A stretch of DNA of 43,157 bases, from sequence record SRR20825006_2093; one strand, written 5' to 3'. A program made the position numbers and the translations under genes. Numbering within the stretch: position 1 is the first letter of the stretch; every line of letters starts with the position of its first letter. This document shows, piece after piece, positions 20,429-29,961 of this stretch. The notes under the pieces are model-generated. The model searched no databases. It was not told where the DNA came from and saw nothing but the letters and a program-made list of their open reading frames with translations.

Positions 20429-21733
20429 ATGCTCAACGTGTTTCGTGCCCTTGTCTGGTTTCTTGTCCGCGTGCCGCTCTTGTTGCTCATTTTTGTGACC
20501 GCGCTGATTATGAGCAGCTGCACCATGCTGGGCCTGAATTATGCGAGCCTGGAGACGGCCAACAAGCCTGTGCCCCAGCCTGAACTTAATGTGGCGGCGA
20601 TTGTAAATGAGCCAGCTTACCGATCAGACGTTATGCGGGGCTTTGAGGACGTTCTCTACGGGCCATGGCCGGAAGGACTGCCGATCGAATGGGGTGAGCC
20701 ACGTCTGGTCGATGCCAATTTGCTTGGCGGAAAAGGACGGCTTGAAGAGATACCTGTCACGATCGGTGAAGGTGAGGGTGCGAGCCAATTCTGGTTGGCT
20801 GTAGCCACTCCCGCCGGGGATGGGCCATTCCCGCTTGTGATCAGCCAGACCTTTTCTTCCAACTGCGCGGCCTTTCCCGGTTACCCGGTCACCGCGACCG
20901 ACGGAACGATCTGCGAGGGCAGCGAGATGGAGGGTACATTCGGCTTCATCGCGACCCAGATCTTCGGCACATATATCGCCAAAGTGCCGCTCGACCGCTT
21001 CATGGATTCGGGCATTGCCTATGCGAGTTTCTATGGGTCGGATTTTGTGCCGGATCGCCGCACTGAAGCGCCGGCCGTGATGGCCAATCTGGGCGGGCCG
21101 ATCAATCCAACCAGCACGTTGATGGCTTGGGCCTACGGGTATTCGGCCGCTATGGACGCGTTGGAGGGACGCGAAGCGATCGATTCCGACGCGATAGTGC
21201 TGTTCGGGCATTCGCGGTTCGGCAAGGCTGCGCTGATCGCGGGCGCCTGGGACCGGCGGACTGACGGGGTCATTGCGCACCAGGCCGGGTTCGCTGGCGC
21301 ATCGCTCTCGCGTTCGGAAACAGGTGAAGGATTGAAGCGTATGGCAGAATCCTACCCGCACTGGCTGGCGCCTGAGATACGGGATTGGCTGGATCGGCTG
21401 GACGAATTGCCGGTGGATCAGCACCAATTGCTGGGCCTGTTGGCGCCAACCCCCGTCTTGCTAGGCAATGGACGCCGCGATGTCTGGTCCGATCCGAATT
21501 CCTCCTTTCGCGCAGCCCTTTCGGCCTCAGACGTTTATGAAGCGGCTGGTGAGCCGGGATTGCCAGCGGGCGGCATGAAGCAGGATTTCGTTCCAGAGGC
21601 GGGGATTGCGTGGTGGCTGAGGCCGGGCGGGCACAGCATTGTATCGGAAGACATCGACACGTTCATTGCTTTCGTTCACGCACAGTTTCCTGAAGCCTCT
21701 CGGACGCAAAGTGCTGTTCATGCTGCAGAATAG
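20429..21733 (+). CDS. alpha/beta hydrolase, CE15 (glucuronoyl esterase-like) family, membrane-anchored or lipoprotein
   Basis: Nucleophile motif GHSRFGKAAL, plus AWAYG, LPVDQHQL..L.AP, DVWSDP and GGH. Hydrophobic N-terminus ending IMSSC. Confidence 0.82.
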   Translation: MLNVFRALVWFLVRVPLLLLIFVTALIMSSCTMLGLNYASLETANKPVPQPELNVAAIVNEPAYRSDVMRGFEDVLYGPWPEGLPIEWGEPRLVDANLLGGKGRLEEIPVTIGEGEGASQFWLAVATPAGDGPFPLVISQTFSSNCAAFPGYPVTATDGTICEGSEMEGTFGFIATQIFGTYIAKVPLDRFMDSGIAYASFYGSDFVPDRRTEAPAVMANLGGPINPTSTLMAWAYGYSAAMDALEGREAIDSDAIVLFGHSRFGKAALIAGAWDRRTDGVIAHQAGFAGASLSRSETGEGLKRMAESYPHWLAPEIRDWLDRLDELPVDQHQLLGLLAPTPVLLGNGRRDVWSDPNSSFRAALSASDVYEAAGEPGLPAGGMKQDFVPEAGIAWWLRPGGHSIVSEDIDTFIAFVHAQFPEASRTQSAVHAAE

Positions 21734-21775
21734 TGCCTAAGCTCCCCTCAATTAAAAAAGCTGTGGGAGGCCAAA

Positions 21776-22204
21776 ATGCCAATCAATGTCGAATTTCTCC
21801 ATCCTGTTCTTGCGCTTATCGTATGGACGCTGATCCTCTGGTTGTGGATGTACGCGACGCGTATCCCCGCCATGCAGAAGGCTCATATCAACCCGGACGA
21901 CGCCCGTCATCCAGGCACCTATGGCGATAAACTGCCGGCGAATGTCCGGTCTGTGGCGGACAATTACAATCACCTCCATGAACAGCCGACCATTTTCTAT
22001 GCCCTGATGTTCTTTGCGGCCTTGACCGGTGGTGGGGACCATCTCGCGACGCTGATTGCCTGGATTTATGTCGGCCTGCGCGTTCTGCATTCCTTCGTCC
22101 AGATCCTGTCGCCGAAAGTGGTTTTGCGGTTTACGTGTTTCGCGCTCGCCTCGATCACGCTGATCGTGCTGGCCGGTAAGGAAGTGATCCGCATCCTCCT
22201 CTGA
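21776..22204 (+). CDS. MAPEG family protein
   Basis: MYATRIPAM, DNYNHLHEQPTIFY and YVGLRVLHS. SD GGAGG. Confidence 0.9.
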   Translation: MPINVEFLHPVLALIVWTLILWLWMYATRIPAMQKAHINPDDARHPGTYGDKLPANVRSVADNYNHLHEQPTIFYALMFFAALTGGGDHLATLIAWIYVGLRVLHSFVQILSPKVVLRFTCFALASITLIVLAGKEVIRILL

Positions 22205-22264
22205 CTTAGGCAATCACAGCCGAAGGGACTTATCAGGTGGCCAAAAGCGCTCTAAAGGGCGCGG

Positions 22265-23338
22265 ATGGCTACTCTTTCCCTTTCCCGGCTCCAGCAGGTT
22301 GTTGATCGTTTCGAACAGGTCGAGGCGCGCATGGGCGCGACGACCGAAACCGATGAAATCATCGCCCTGTCCAAGGAGCATTCCGAACTGAAACCCGTGG
22401 TCGACAAGGCGCGGGAAGTGATGACAGCGCGCAAGGGCCTGGAGGAGGCGCAGGCACTGGCATCCTCTGGCGATGCCGAAATGGCTGAACTGGCTCAGAT
22501 GGAAATCGAAGACATCAAGGACCGCCTGCCGGACCTGGAGCAGGAGATGCAGGTCCTGCTATTGCCGAAGGATGTCGATGACGCGGCCAATATCGTGCTG
22601 GAGGTTCGCGCCGGAACGGGCGGGGACGAGGCCGCCCTGTTCGCAGGCGACCTCTACCGCATGTACACACGCTACGCGCAGACGATGGGATGGAAAGTCG
22701 AAGTGGTCGACGCGTCCGAAGGCGATGCCGGCGGCTATAAGGAAATCGTCGCCAATATTGCTGGCGACGGCGTGTTCGGTCACATGAAGTGGGAAAGCGG
22801 TGTGCACCGCGTCCAGCGTGTGCCAGCGACCGAAACGCAGGGACGCATTCATACGTCGGCCGCGACTGTGGCTGTTTTGCCTGCGCCCGAGAATGTCGAG
22901 ATCGAAGTCAAACCCGAAGACATCCGTATCGACACAATGCGGTCTTCCGGTGCGGGCGGCCAGCACGTCAATACAACGGACTCCGCGGTGCGTATCACCC
23001 ATCTTGCGACCGGTATCATGGTGACGAGTTCGGAAAAGTCCCAACACGTGAACCGCGAGAAGGCGATGGAACAGCTGAAGATTCGCCTCTACGAGAAAGA
23101 GCGCTCCGAGCGCGATGCTGAACGCGCCGAGGCGCGCGCCAGCCAGATCGGCACGGGCGACCGCAGCCAGAAGGTGCGGACCTATAATTACCCGGAAAAC
23201 CGGGTCACGGATCACCGTATTGGCCTGACACTGTATTCGCTCGACAAGATCATCACGGGCGACAAGCTGAACGATGTTGTCGAAGCGCTGATTACGGAAG
23301 ACCGGGCGCGCAAGCTGGCCGCGATGGAGGCGAACTAA
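22265..23338 (+). CDS. prfA: peptide chain release factor 1
   Basis: GGQ motif, PxT specificity motif (RVPATE), ESGVHRVQR and RTYNYP. Confidence 0.98.
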   Translation: MATLSLSRLQQVVDRFEQVEARMGATTETDEIIALSKEHSELKPVVDKAREVMTARKGLEEAQALASSGDAEMAELAQMEIEDIKDRLPDLEQEMQVLLLPKDVDDAANIVLEVRAGTGGDEAALFAGDLYRMYTRYAQTMGWKVEVVDASEGDAGGYKEIVANIAGDGVFGHMKWESGVHRVQRVPATETQGRIHTSAATVAVLPAPENVEIEVKPEDIRIDTMRSSGAGGQHVNTTDSAVRITHLATGIMVTSSEKSQHVNREKAMEQLKIRLYEKERSERDAERAEARASQIGTGDRSQKVRTYNYPENRVTDHRIGLTLYSLDKIITGDKLNDVVEALITEDRARKLAAMEAN

Positions 23339-23339
23339 G

Positions 23340-24200
23340 CTGCCTGCGAAGACATATGACACTTTACTGGCAGAAGGCGCGGCGCAGTTGCGCAAAGCCG
23401 GCATTGATACATCGCGGCTTGAAGCGCGGTGGTTGCTGGCCCATGCGGCTGGCTGTCAGTCCTCAGACCTTATAGCGCGAGGGGGAGGCAATGTTTCAGA
23501 TGAAATCAATTCTGCATATTCCAACAGTATTTTGCGCCGCGCCGCCCGCGAGCCTCTGCAACACATCATTGGCTCGACGGAGTTTTTCGGTCTTGAATTC
23601 CTGAGCGATGGGCGCGCATTGATTCCACGCCCGGACAGCGAAATTTTGGTTGAGGCGGCCCTTGCGCGCATCCCTGACAATGCACCTGTCTTCATTGCTG
23701 ATCTTGGAACGGGGAGTGGGTGCCTGTTGTCCGCAATCCTCGCAAATCGACCGCTGGCGACCGGGGAGGGCGTCGAGGCAAGCCAGGATGCAGCGGAACT
23801 GGCGGAGGAAAACCTGTCCCGGCTCGGCCTTTCGGATCGCGCATCGATCCATAACGGCCCATGGTCCGATTGGCAGAAATGGGGTGCAGCGGACCTGATC
23901 ATTTCCAATCCGCCCTACATTGTCAGCGCGGAAATGGCAGGCCTCATGCCTGAAGTTCGTGACCATGATCCGGCGGCAGCGCTTGATGGCGGCCCGGATG
24001 GCCTGAATGCCTATCGGGAAATCGTTGGCCTTGCAGCGGGTCGGATGAAGCCCGGCGGCTGGCTCGTATTCGAGATCGGGTATGACCAGAGACTATCCAT
24101 CGGCGCCTTGCTGGAAACGGCCGGATTTGAAGCCATCACCTGTCTGAAGGATCTAGGCGGAAATGACCGGGCCATTGCCGCGCAACACCCTGTTGTGTAA
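23340..24200 (+). CDS. prmC: release factor glutamine methyltransferase (start uncertain: CTG 23340 vs TTG 23388)
   Basis: EPLQHIIG..EF, LIPRPDSE, DLGTGSG, SNPPY, ALDGG.DGL and EIGYDQ. Follows prfA. Confidence 0.95.
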   Translation: MPAKTYDTLLAEGAAQLRKAGIDTSRLEARWLLAHAAGCQSSDLIARGGGNVSDEINSAYSNSILRRAAREPLQHIIGSTEFFGLEFLSDGRALIPRPDSEILVEAALARIPDNAPVFIADLGTGSGCLLSAILANRPLATGEGVEASQDAAELAEENLSRLGLSDRASIHNGPWSDWQKWGAADLIISNPPYIVSAEMAGLMPEVRDHDPAAALDGGPDGLNAYREIVGLAAGRMKPGGWLVFEIGYDQRLSIGALLETAGFEAITCLKDLGGNDRAIAAQHPVV

Positions 24201-24215
24201 TACTTACATTTCTTC

Positions 24216-24244
24216 TTGGCGTATTGGGAAAGTCACGCTAGAAG
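24216..24244 (+). promoter_or_regulatory. putative sigma70 promoter of DUF4167 gene
   Basis: TTGGCG-17 nt-TAGAAG, with the -10 in the context GCTAGAAG, which resembles Caulobacter-type -10 elements. Confidence 0.5.
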
Positions 24245-24396
24245 ATTCTCGTGAGACGGCGACCACACACGGTGTAATTGCATGTCCCCCTCACAAGACT
24301 CGCGCAAATCAAGGGCTGGGGCCACTTTATCCAGAAGGCCAATTGCGCTGGGAATTGCCTGAAAACTGATCAGGCGCATGAAACGGGAAGATCTGC

Positions 24397-25080
24397 ATGA
24401 AACGTTCACGCGGGCGCAATCGTCGCTCAGGCGGTAACAACCAGAACAGCCACAACAATCCGAATCGTCACTATGAAAGCGTCGGTCCGGATGTGAAGAT
24501 TCGTGGCTCTGCACAGCAGGTTCTGGACAAATACCAACAATATGCCCGTGACGCCCAGACCAGCGGCGACCGGATCCTGTCTGAGGCGTATTACCAGTTT
24601 GCCGAACACTATCAGCGCATCGTGGCCAAGCAGGCGGAAGCGAAAGAACGCTCCCAGCAGAATCGCAATCAGAATCGCGACAATCGCCGCGATGATCGCG
24701 ATAGCAATGACAACAATGACAACAGCAATGCCGATGACGACAATTCGTCCAAGCAGGAAGCCGAAGTCGAATCGCGCAACAAGAACCGCAACGAGGATGA
24801 CCGTTCCGATCAGGACTCTGACTCATCCAGCGATGCGAAATCCAACCAGGACGACGCGTCAGAAAATTCAGACAAGTCCGATGATGGCGATGACAAGGCT
24901 GACAAGCCCCGTCCGCGCAGTCGCCGCAAGCCTTACGCCAAGCGCGAAAAGGCCGATGATGCGCCAGAAGCTGAAACCGATGGAGTGCTGAAAACCGTCT
25001 CCCGTGGTCGCCGTAAAGCTGCGCCGAAGGGGGATGATGGTGCCCAGCCCGAAGAGGCTTCCGCCGAAACCACCGACTGA
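24397..25080 (+). CDS. DUF4167 domain protein with long charged low-complexity tail
   Basis: MKRSRGRNRR...YESVGPDVKIRGSAQQVLDKY..YARDA..SGDR...E.Y.Q.AEHY.R. Usual position between prmC and clpB. Confidence 0.9.
   Translation: MKRSRGRNRRSGGNNQNSHNNPNRHYESVGPDVKIRGSAQQVLDKYQQYARDAQTSGDRILSEAYYQFAEHYQRIVAKQAEAKERSQQNRNQNRDNRRDDRDSNDNNDNSNADDDNSSKQEAEVESRNKNRNEDDRSDQDSDSSSDAKSNQDDASENSDKSDDGDDKADKPRPRSRRKPYAKREKADDAPEAETDGVLKTVSRGRRKAAPKGDDGAQPEEASAETTD
24658..24742 (+). repeat. coding low-complexity tandem repeats (N/D/R-rich)
   Basis: CAGAATCGCAAT CAGAATCGCGAC and repeated CAATGACAA units encode QNRNQNRDNRRDDRDSNDNNDNSNADDD. Confidence 0.5.
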
Positions 25081-25103
25081 TTGCAAGTCGTCAAACCGAT
25101 TTG

Positions 25104-25140
25104 AAGAGCCCGGCTGCATCTTGCAGGCCGGGCTTTTTCT
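25104..25140 (+). terminator. intrinsic terminator after DUF4167 gene
   Basis: AGCCCGGC-TGCA-tct-TGCA-g-GCCGGGCT followed by TTTTCT. Confidence 0.85.
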
Positions 25141-25166
25141 TGCGCGTATCGTGACGGTGCGGGCGG

Positions 25167-25194
25167 TTGCAAACCCATCAAGGCTTCCCACATC
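25167..25194 (+). promoter_or_regulatory. putative RpoH (sigma32) promoter of clpB
   Basis: TTG-N17-CCCACATC resembles the alphaproteobacterial heat-shock consensus and lies upstream of a chaperone gene. Confidence 0.6.
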
Positions 25195-25276
25195 AGGAAA
25201 GAACCGGATACCGGCTGCCGCTGAGCGGGGCCATTGTCCACCAACTTCCATGATCTGCCTTTCAAAGGGGATGTAG

Positions 25277-27898
25277 ATGAATATTGAACAATACACAGAG
25301 CGCGCTCGCGCGATCATTCAGGGTGCACAGACCGCTGCCTTGGCAAATGGCCATCAGGTTCTGACGCCTGCCCATGTCCTGAAGACCATGCTGGAAGACC
25401 GCGACCAGCTCGCGGTGAACCTGATCCGTGCAAGCGGGGGTCGTCCGGAACTGGTTGCGCAAGGCATCGACACGGCGCTTGGAAAACTGCCCAAGGTGCA
25501 AGGCGCAAGCTCTGGCCTACGTCTCGAGCAGGCAGGGGCCCAGCTGTTCCAGGCTGCCGAAGCGGACGCAAAGAAAGCTGGCGACAGTTTTGTCACCGTT
25601 GAACGCCTGTTGCTGGCAATCGCCAGTCTGAAGGGTGATCCGGCTTCTGACGTGCTGGCCAATGCGGGCGTGACCTCGTCTGGCCTCGAAGGCGCCATTG
25701 CCGAACTCCGTCAGGGTCGCACTGCTGACAGTGAAAATGCCGAAGAAGGCTATGAAGCCCTGAAAAAATACGCCCGCGACCTGACCAAGGATGCGCGGGA
25801 AGGCAAGCTCGACCCGGTTATCGGGCGCGACGAAGAAATCCGCCGTGCGATCCAGGTCCTGTCTCGCCGGTCGAAGAACAACCCTGTCCTGATTGGTGAG
25901 CCCGGTGTGGGTAAAACGGCAATCGCCGAAGGACTCGCGCTGCGCATTGTTAATGGCGACGTACCAGAAAGCCTGAAAGGCAAACGCCTGCTTGCGCTCG
26001 ACATGGGCGCACTGATTGCGGGGGCAAAGTTCCGCGGTGAATTCGAGGAACGCCTGAAGGCCGTGCTGAATGAAGTTCAGCAGGCGGAAGGGGGCGTTGT
26101 CCTGTTCATTGATGAGATGCACACGCTGGTTGGTGCGGGCAAGGGTGATGGCGCAATGGACGCCTCAAACCTCCTCAAGCCTGCCTTGGCGCGTGGCGAA
26201 CTGCACTGTATCGGTGCGACGACTTTGGACGAGTATCGCAAACATGTTGAAGGTGACCCCGCCCTCGCACGACGGTTCATGGCCGTTTTCGTGGATGAGC
26301 CAACCGTTGCCGATACAATCTCGATTCTCCGTGGCCTGAAGGGCCGTTACGAGGCGCACCATGGTATCCGCGTGTCGGACGCCGCGATTGTTTCTGCCGC
26401 CAATTTGTCGAACCGGTATATCACTGACCGGTTCCTGCCGGACAAGGCCATCGATTTGATGGACGAGGCCTCTGCGCGCTTGCGCATGCAGGTCGATTCC
26501 AAGCCCGAAGAACTCGACGAGATCGATCGCCGCCTCCTGCAATTGCGGATCGAGGCCGAGGCTCTGAAGAAAGAAAAGGATGCTGCTTCGGTGGATCGCC
26601 TCAAGACAATCGAGAGCGAGATTACGGATCTGCAGACAAAGTCTGATGAGCTGACGGCGACATGGTCCGCCGAGAAGAACAAGTTGAAGGGCGCTGCCTC
26701 CGCGAAAGAACAGCTCGACCGGGCCTATGCCGACATGGCGGAAGCCCAGCGCCAAGGCGACCTGACCAAGGCGTCTGAGTTGAAGTTCGCGACAATCCCG
26801 CAGCTGGAAAAGCTCATTGCCGAAGTCGAAGGCAGCGAGGATGATCAGGGAGACGGTGGACTCGTCTCCGAAGTCGTCCGCCCAGAGCATATTGCTGCCG
26901 TGGTCTCGAAGTGGACAGGCATTCCCGTCGACAAGATGATGGAGGGCGAGCGCGAGAAGCTGCTCAAGATGGAAGACGATTTGCGCAAGCGGGTCGTGGG
27001 TCAGGATGCTGCGCTGGAGGCCGTCTCCAATGCTGTTCGCCGTGCGCGTGCAGGCCTGCAGGATCCGAACCGCCCAATCGGCTCTTTCTTGTTCGTCGGC
27101 CCGACGGGCGTCGGCAAGACAGAGCTGACCAAGGCACTGGCCGAGTTCATGTTTGACGATGATACCGCGATCCTTCGGCTCGACATGTCGGAATTCTCCG
27201 AGAAGCATTCGGTCGCCCGTTTGATTGGAGCGCCTCCGGGCTATGTCGGGTATGATGAAGGGGGTGTGCTGACGGAGTCAGTGCGGCGCAGGCCCTACCA
27301 GGTGATCTTGTTCGATGAGGTCGAAAAAGCCCATCCGGACCTTTTCAATACGTTGTTGCAGGTCCTCGATGATGGGCGCCTGACCGATGGTCAGGGCCGT
27401 ACGGTCGACTTCAAGAACACGATCATCATCATGACGTCGAACCTCGGCGCAGACGCGCTGGCGAGCGGCGAAGAGGGAGAGGTGTCGGAGGCAGCCAAAG
27501 AGTCCGTCATGGGCGCTATCCGCATGCATTTCCGACCCGAATTCATCAACCGGATCGACGAGATCGTCTTCTTCAAGCGGCTGGGCCGCGGCGAAATCGA
27601 CCATATTGTCGATATCCAGATGGAGCGCCTGGAAGCGCTGCTGAAGGATCGGAAGATGACGCTGCAGTTGAGCCTCGATGCTCGCAACTGGCTGGCCGCG
27701 CGGGGCTATGACCCGGTCTATGGGGCAAGGCCACTCAAGCGTGTCATCCAGAAGGAATTGCAAGATCCTCTGGCCCGCCTCCTGCTGGAAGGCCGCATCC
27801 ATGATGGCGAGACCATCGAGATTGGGGTCGAAGGCGACCAGCTGTCCATCAATGGCGTCCCGAACGGGTTCGCCAAAGGTGCTGCAGCCCTGAACTAA
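25277..27898 (+). CDS. clpB: ATP-dependent chaperone ClpB
   Basis: Clp N-domain, two AAA+ modules ([16 protein letters not shown]), coiled-coil M domain and GAPPGYVG pore loop. Confidence 0.98.
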   Translation: MNIEQYTERARAIIQGAQTAALANGHQVLTPAHVLKTMLEDRDQLAVNLIRASGGRPELVAQGIDTALGKLPKVQGASSGLRLEQAGAQLFQAAEADAKKAGDSFVTVERLLLAIASLKGDPASDVLANAGVTSSGLEGAIAELRQGRTADSENAEEGYEALKKYARDLTKDAREGKLDPVIGRDEEIRRAIQVLSRRSKNNPVLIGEPGVGKTAIAEGLALRIVNGDVPESLKGKRLLALDMGALIAGAKFRGEFEERLKAVLNEVQQAEGGVVLFIDEMHTLVGAGKGDGAMDASNLLKPALARGELHCIGATTLDEYRKHVEGDPALARRFMAVFVDEPTVADTISILRGLKGRYEAHHGIRVSDAAIVSAANLSNRYITDRFLPDKAIDLMDEASARLRMQVDSKPEELDEIDRRLLQLRIEAEALKKEKDAASVDRLKTIESEITDLQTKSDELTATWSAEKNKLKGAASAKEQLDRAYADMAEAQRQGDLTKASELKFATIPQLEKLIAEVEGSEDDQGDGGLVSEVVRPEHIAAVVSKWTGIPVDKMMEGEREKLLKMEDDLRKRVVGQDAALEAVSNAVRRARAGLQDPNRPIGSFLFVGPTGVGKTELTKALAEFMFDDDTAILRLDMSEFSEKHSVARLIGAPPGYVGYDEGGVLTESVRRRPYQVILFDEVEKAHPDLFNTLLQVLDDGRLTDGQGRTVDFKNTIIIMTSNLGADALASGEEGEVSEAAKESVMGAIRMHFRPEFINRIDEIVFFKRLGRGEIDHIVDIQMERLEALLKDRKMTLQLSLDARNWLAARGYDPVYGARPLKRVIQKELQDPLARLLLEGRIHDGETIEIGVEGDQLSINGVPNGFAKGAAALN

Positions 27899-27953
27899 AG
27901 GTTGATCGACCGAGAATTTTATGATGGCCTTTCTGTCACTCAGGGAGGCCATC

Positions 27954-29919
27954 TTGCATTTGAAAATGATATTGACCGCGCTCGCGGTGACACTGGCGGC
28001 CGCGTGCCAGACGGCGCGCGCGGACATGAACGAGATCGCGGAACTCTATGGTCGTGCGGACGGAATTGCTGAGCCGCAGCTTTCTCCTCAAGGCACGAAA
28101 CTGGCCATTGAATGCGCCCCGCAGGGGCTTGCCGTCGCTGTGTGTGTTCGACCTGACCGGGGCCACGGAGTCTGCTCTGATCGGCCTCGACTCCACGTAT
28201 CGCCTGAAAGATTTTTTCTGGGTAGATGAAGCGCGCCTGATCTTTCGTTTCGGTATGTTCGAGCGCCTGCAGACTCAGAGCGGAATGCAGGAATTCGAGG
28301 CGTGGCGGGCCGTTTCGTATGATGTGAACTCTGGCGAATCCACCGTACTCATGAACGACACGCGGGGCATGGTGGACACGTCGAACATCGTGTCTCTGCT
28401 GCCCCAGGATGAGGGCAAGGTCCTGATCATGGGATGGATTTACGATAGTGGTGCGACTTCGGGTACGATCATGCCGACGAAATCCAACAAGGGCTGGATG
28501 CCCCGTACATTTGCGGTCAATCTGAAGAACGGAAAGACCCGGAAAGCTGAAACGTTCCCCAAACACACAGATCAGGTCGTTTTCGACCAGTATGGTCGAG
28601 AGGTTGCCCGTTTGCGTCGCGACATCAATCTCGGGACGTCGACCGTTTATCGCGGGCGGGATGAAATCTACTTCGAAGATGATGTGAATGTTCGTAATCT
28701 GCGCCTGATCGCGCTCGAAGAAAGCGTTGGAGACCTGATCGTCTGGATCGACAGGGGTGAGAACCGCGGCCTGAATTACATGTCGCTGCGCGACGGATCG
28801 ATGTCTCCCGTCATGATCGGAGACAAGCGGGCCGGGGCCGCCGCGACGATCATCGATCCCTATACGGGCACATTGGTTGGGGTCGAATATGGTGGGGAAT
28901 GGGATGAGCAGGTTTTCCTCGTGCCGGAACTGGATGCTGCGCAGTCCGCCATCGAGGCGGCCATGCCGGGCAAGCATGTTACGATCACTTCCTGGACGGC
29001 CGACCGCAAGAAAGTCTCTGTCGCCCTGGCGGAGGCCGGGCGGCCGGCAGACTATTTCGTCTATGACTCTGCCGCCGGCACGATGGGGAGCATCGGCAGC
29101 GCCGGATCACATCTGGTGAACCGCCCTGTTGGAAATGTCGTTTCGATTTCGTATGAGGCCCGCGATGGCCGCACCATTCAGGGTTTCGTCACCTTGCCGC
29201 CCGGCAAGACGTCGGATAATGGCCCGTTTCCGCTGGTCGTCCTGCCGCATGGCGGCCCGGTGGCCCATGACACGGCCGAGTTCGACTGGTGGTCCGGCGC
29301 CTATGCCGAGGCGGGCTATGCCGTATTGCGCCCGAACTATCGCGGCTCGACCGGTTCGACTTCGGAGCATCGCTTCGCCGGATATGGCGAGTATGGCGGC
29401 AAGATGGTCGACGACGTGATCGACGGTGCGGCATGGGCCATCGCGCAGGGCATTGCCAAGCCGGACGGTTATTGCATCGCTGGCGGCAGCTATGGCGGTT
29501 ATTCGGCCCTGATGGTGGCCGCGCGGGATTCCGGACAGGTGAAATGTGCTATCTCGGTGAACGGAGTGACGGATCCGATCCTGCGCCTGTCGGAATACAC
29601 ACCCGACAGCAATGCTTACAATCACTATGAATTGATGCTCGGGTCAGGCCGGTTTTCAGACGATGCCAGCCGCGCGGCCATCATGCCGGTCCGTCAGGCC
29701 GGGGCAATGTCGGCGCCGATCCTGATCATGCATGGCCGCGAAGACACGCGCGTGCCCTTCCGGCAGTTCACGCGGATGCGCGAAGCTACCGGAAACCGCC
29801 CGAACTTCACCTTTGTGGAGATGGAAGGCGAGGATCATTTCCTGCAGTCCACGTACGCACGTTCGGATGTGTTGAATCGGACGCGTACATTTCTGGAGGC
29901 GCATCACCCAGTGCAATAG
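27954..29919 (+). pseudogene. secreted S9 (prolyl oligopeptidase-like) peptidase, split by a +1 frameshift (real lesion or sequencing error)
   Basis: SD GGAGG, then TTG 27954 and a signal peptide (MHLKMILTALAVTLAAACQTARA-D...LSPQGTKLAIEC) in one frame. The remainder (GLPSLCVFDL...HGGP, PNYRGSTG, GGSYGG, HGREDTRV, EDH) is in another frame. The frames join near GGGG 28124-28127. Confidence 0.8.
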
Positions 29920-29929
29920 CCGCAGGATA

Positions 29930-29952
29930 CGCGGAGCCTCGGGAGCTCCGCG
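29930..29952. terminator. hairpin between convergent genes
   Basis: CGCGGAGC-ctcggga-GCTCCGCG. The U tract is weak. Confidence 0.5.
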
Positions 29953-29961
29953 ACATTCCTT

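Noticed and set aside
28048..28130. ORF-track start of the S9 peptidase at 28048, or programmed frameshifting there
   Set aside because: The N-terminal 26 residues are not protein-like and lack a signal peptide. There is no recognisable slippery heptamer or stimulatory structure, so a simple indel is more parsimonious.
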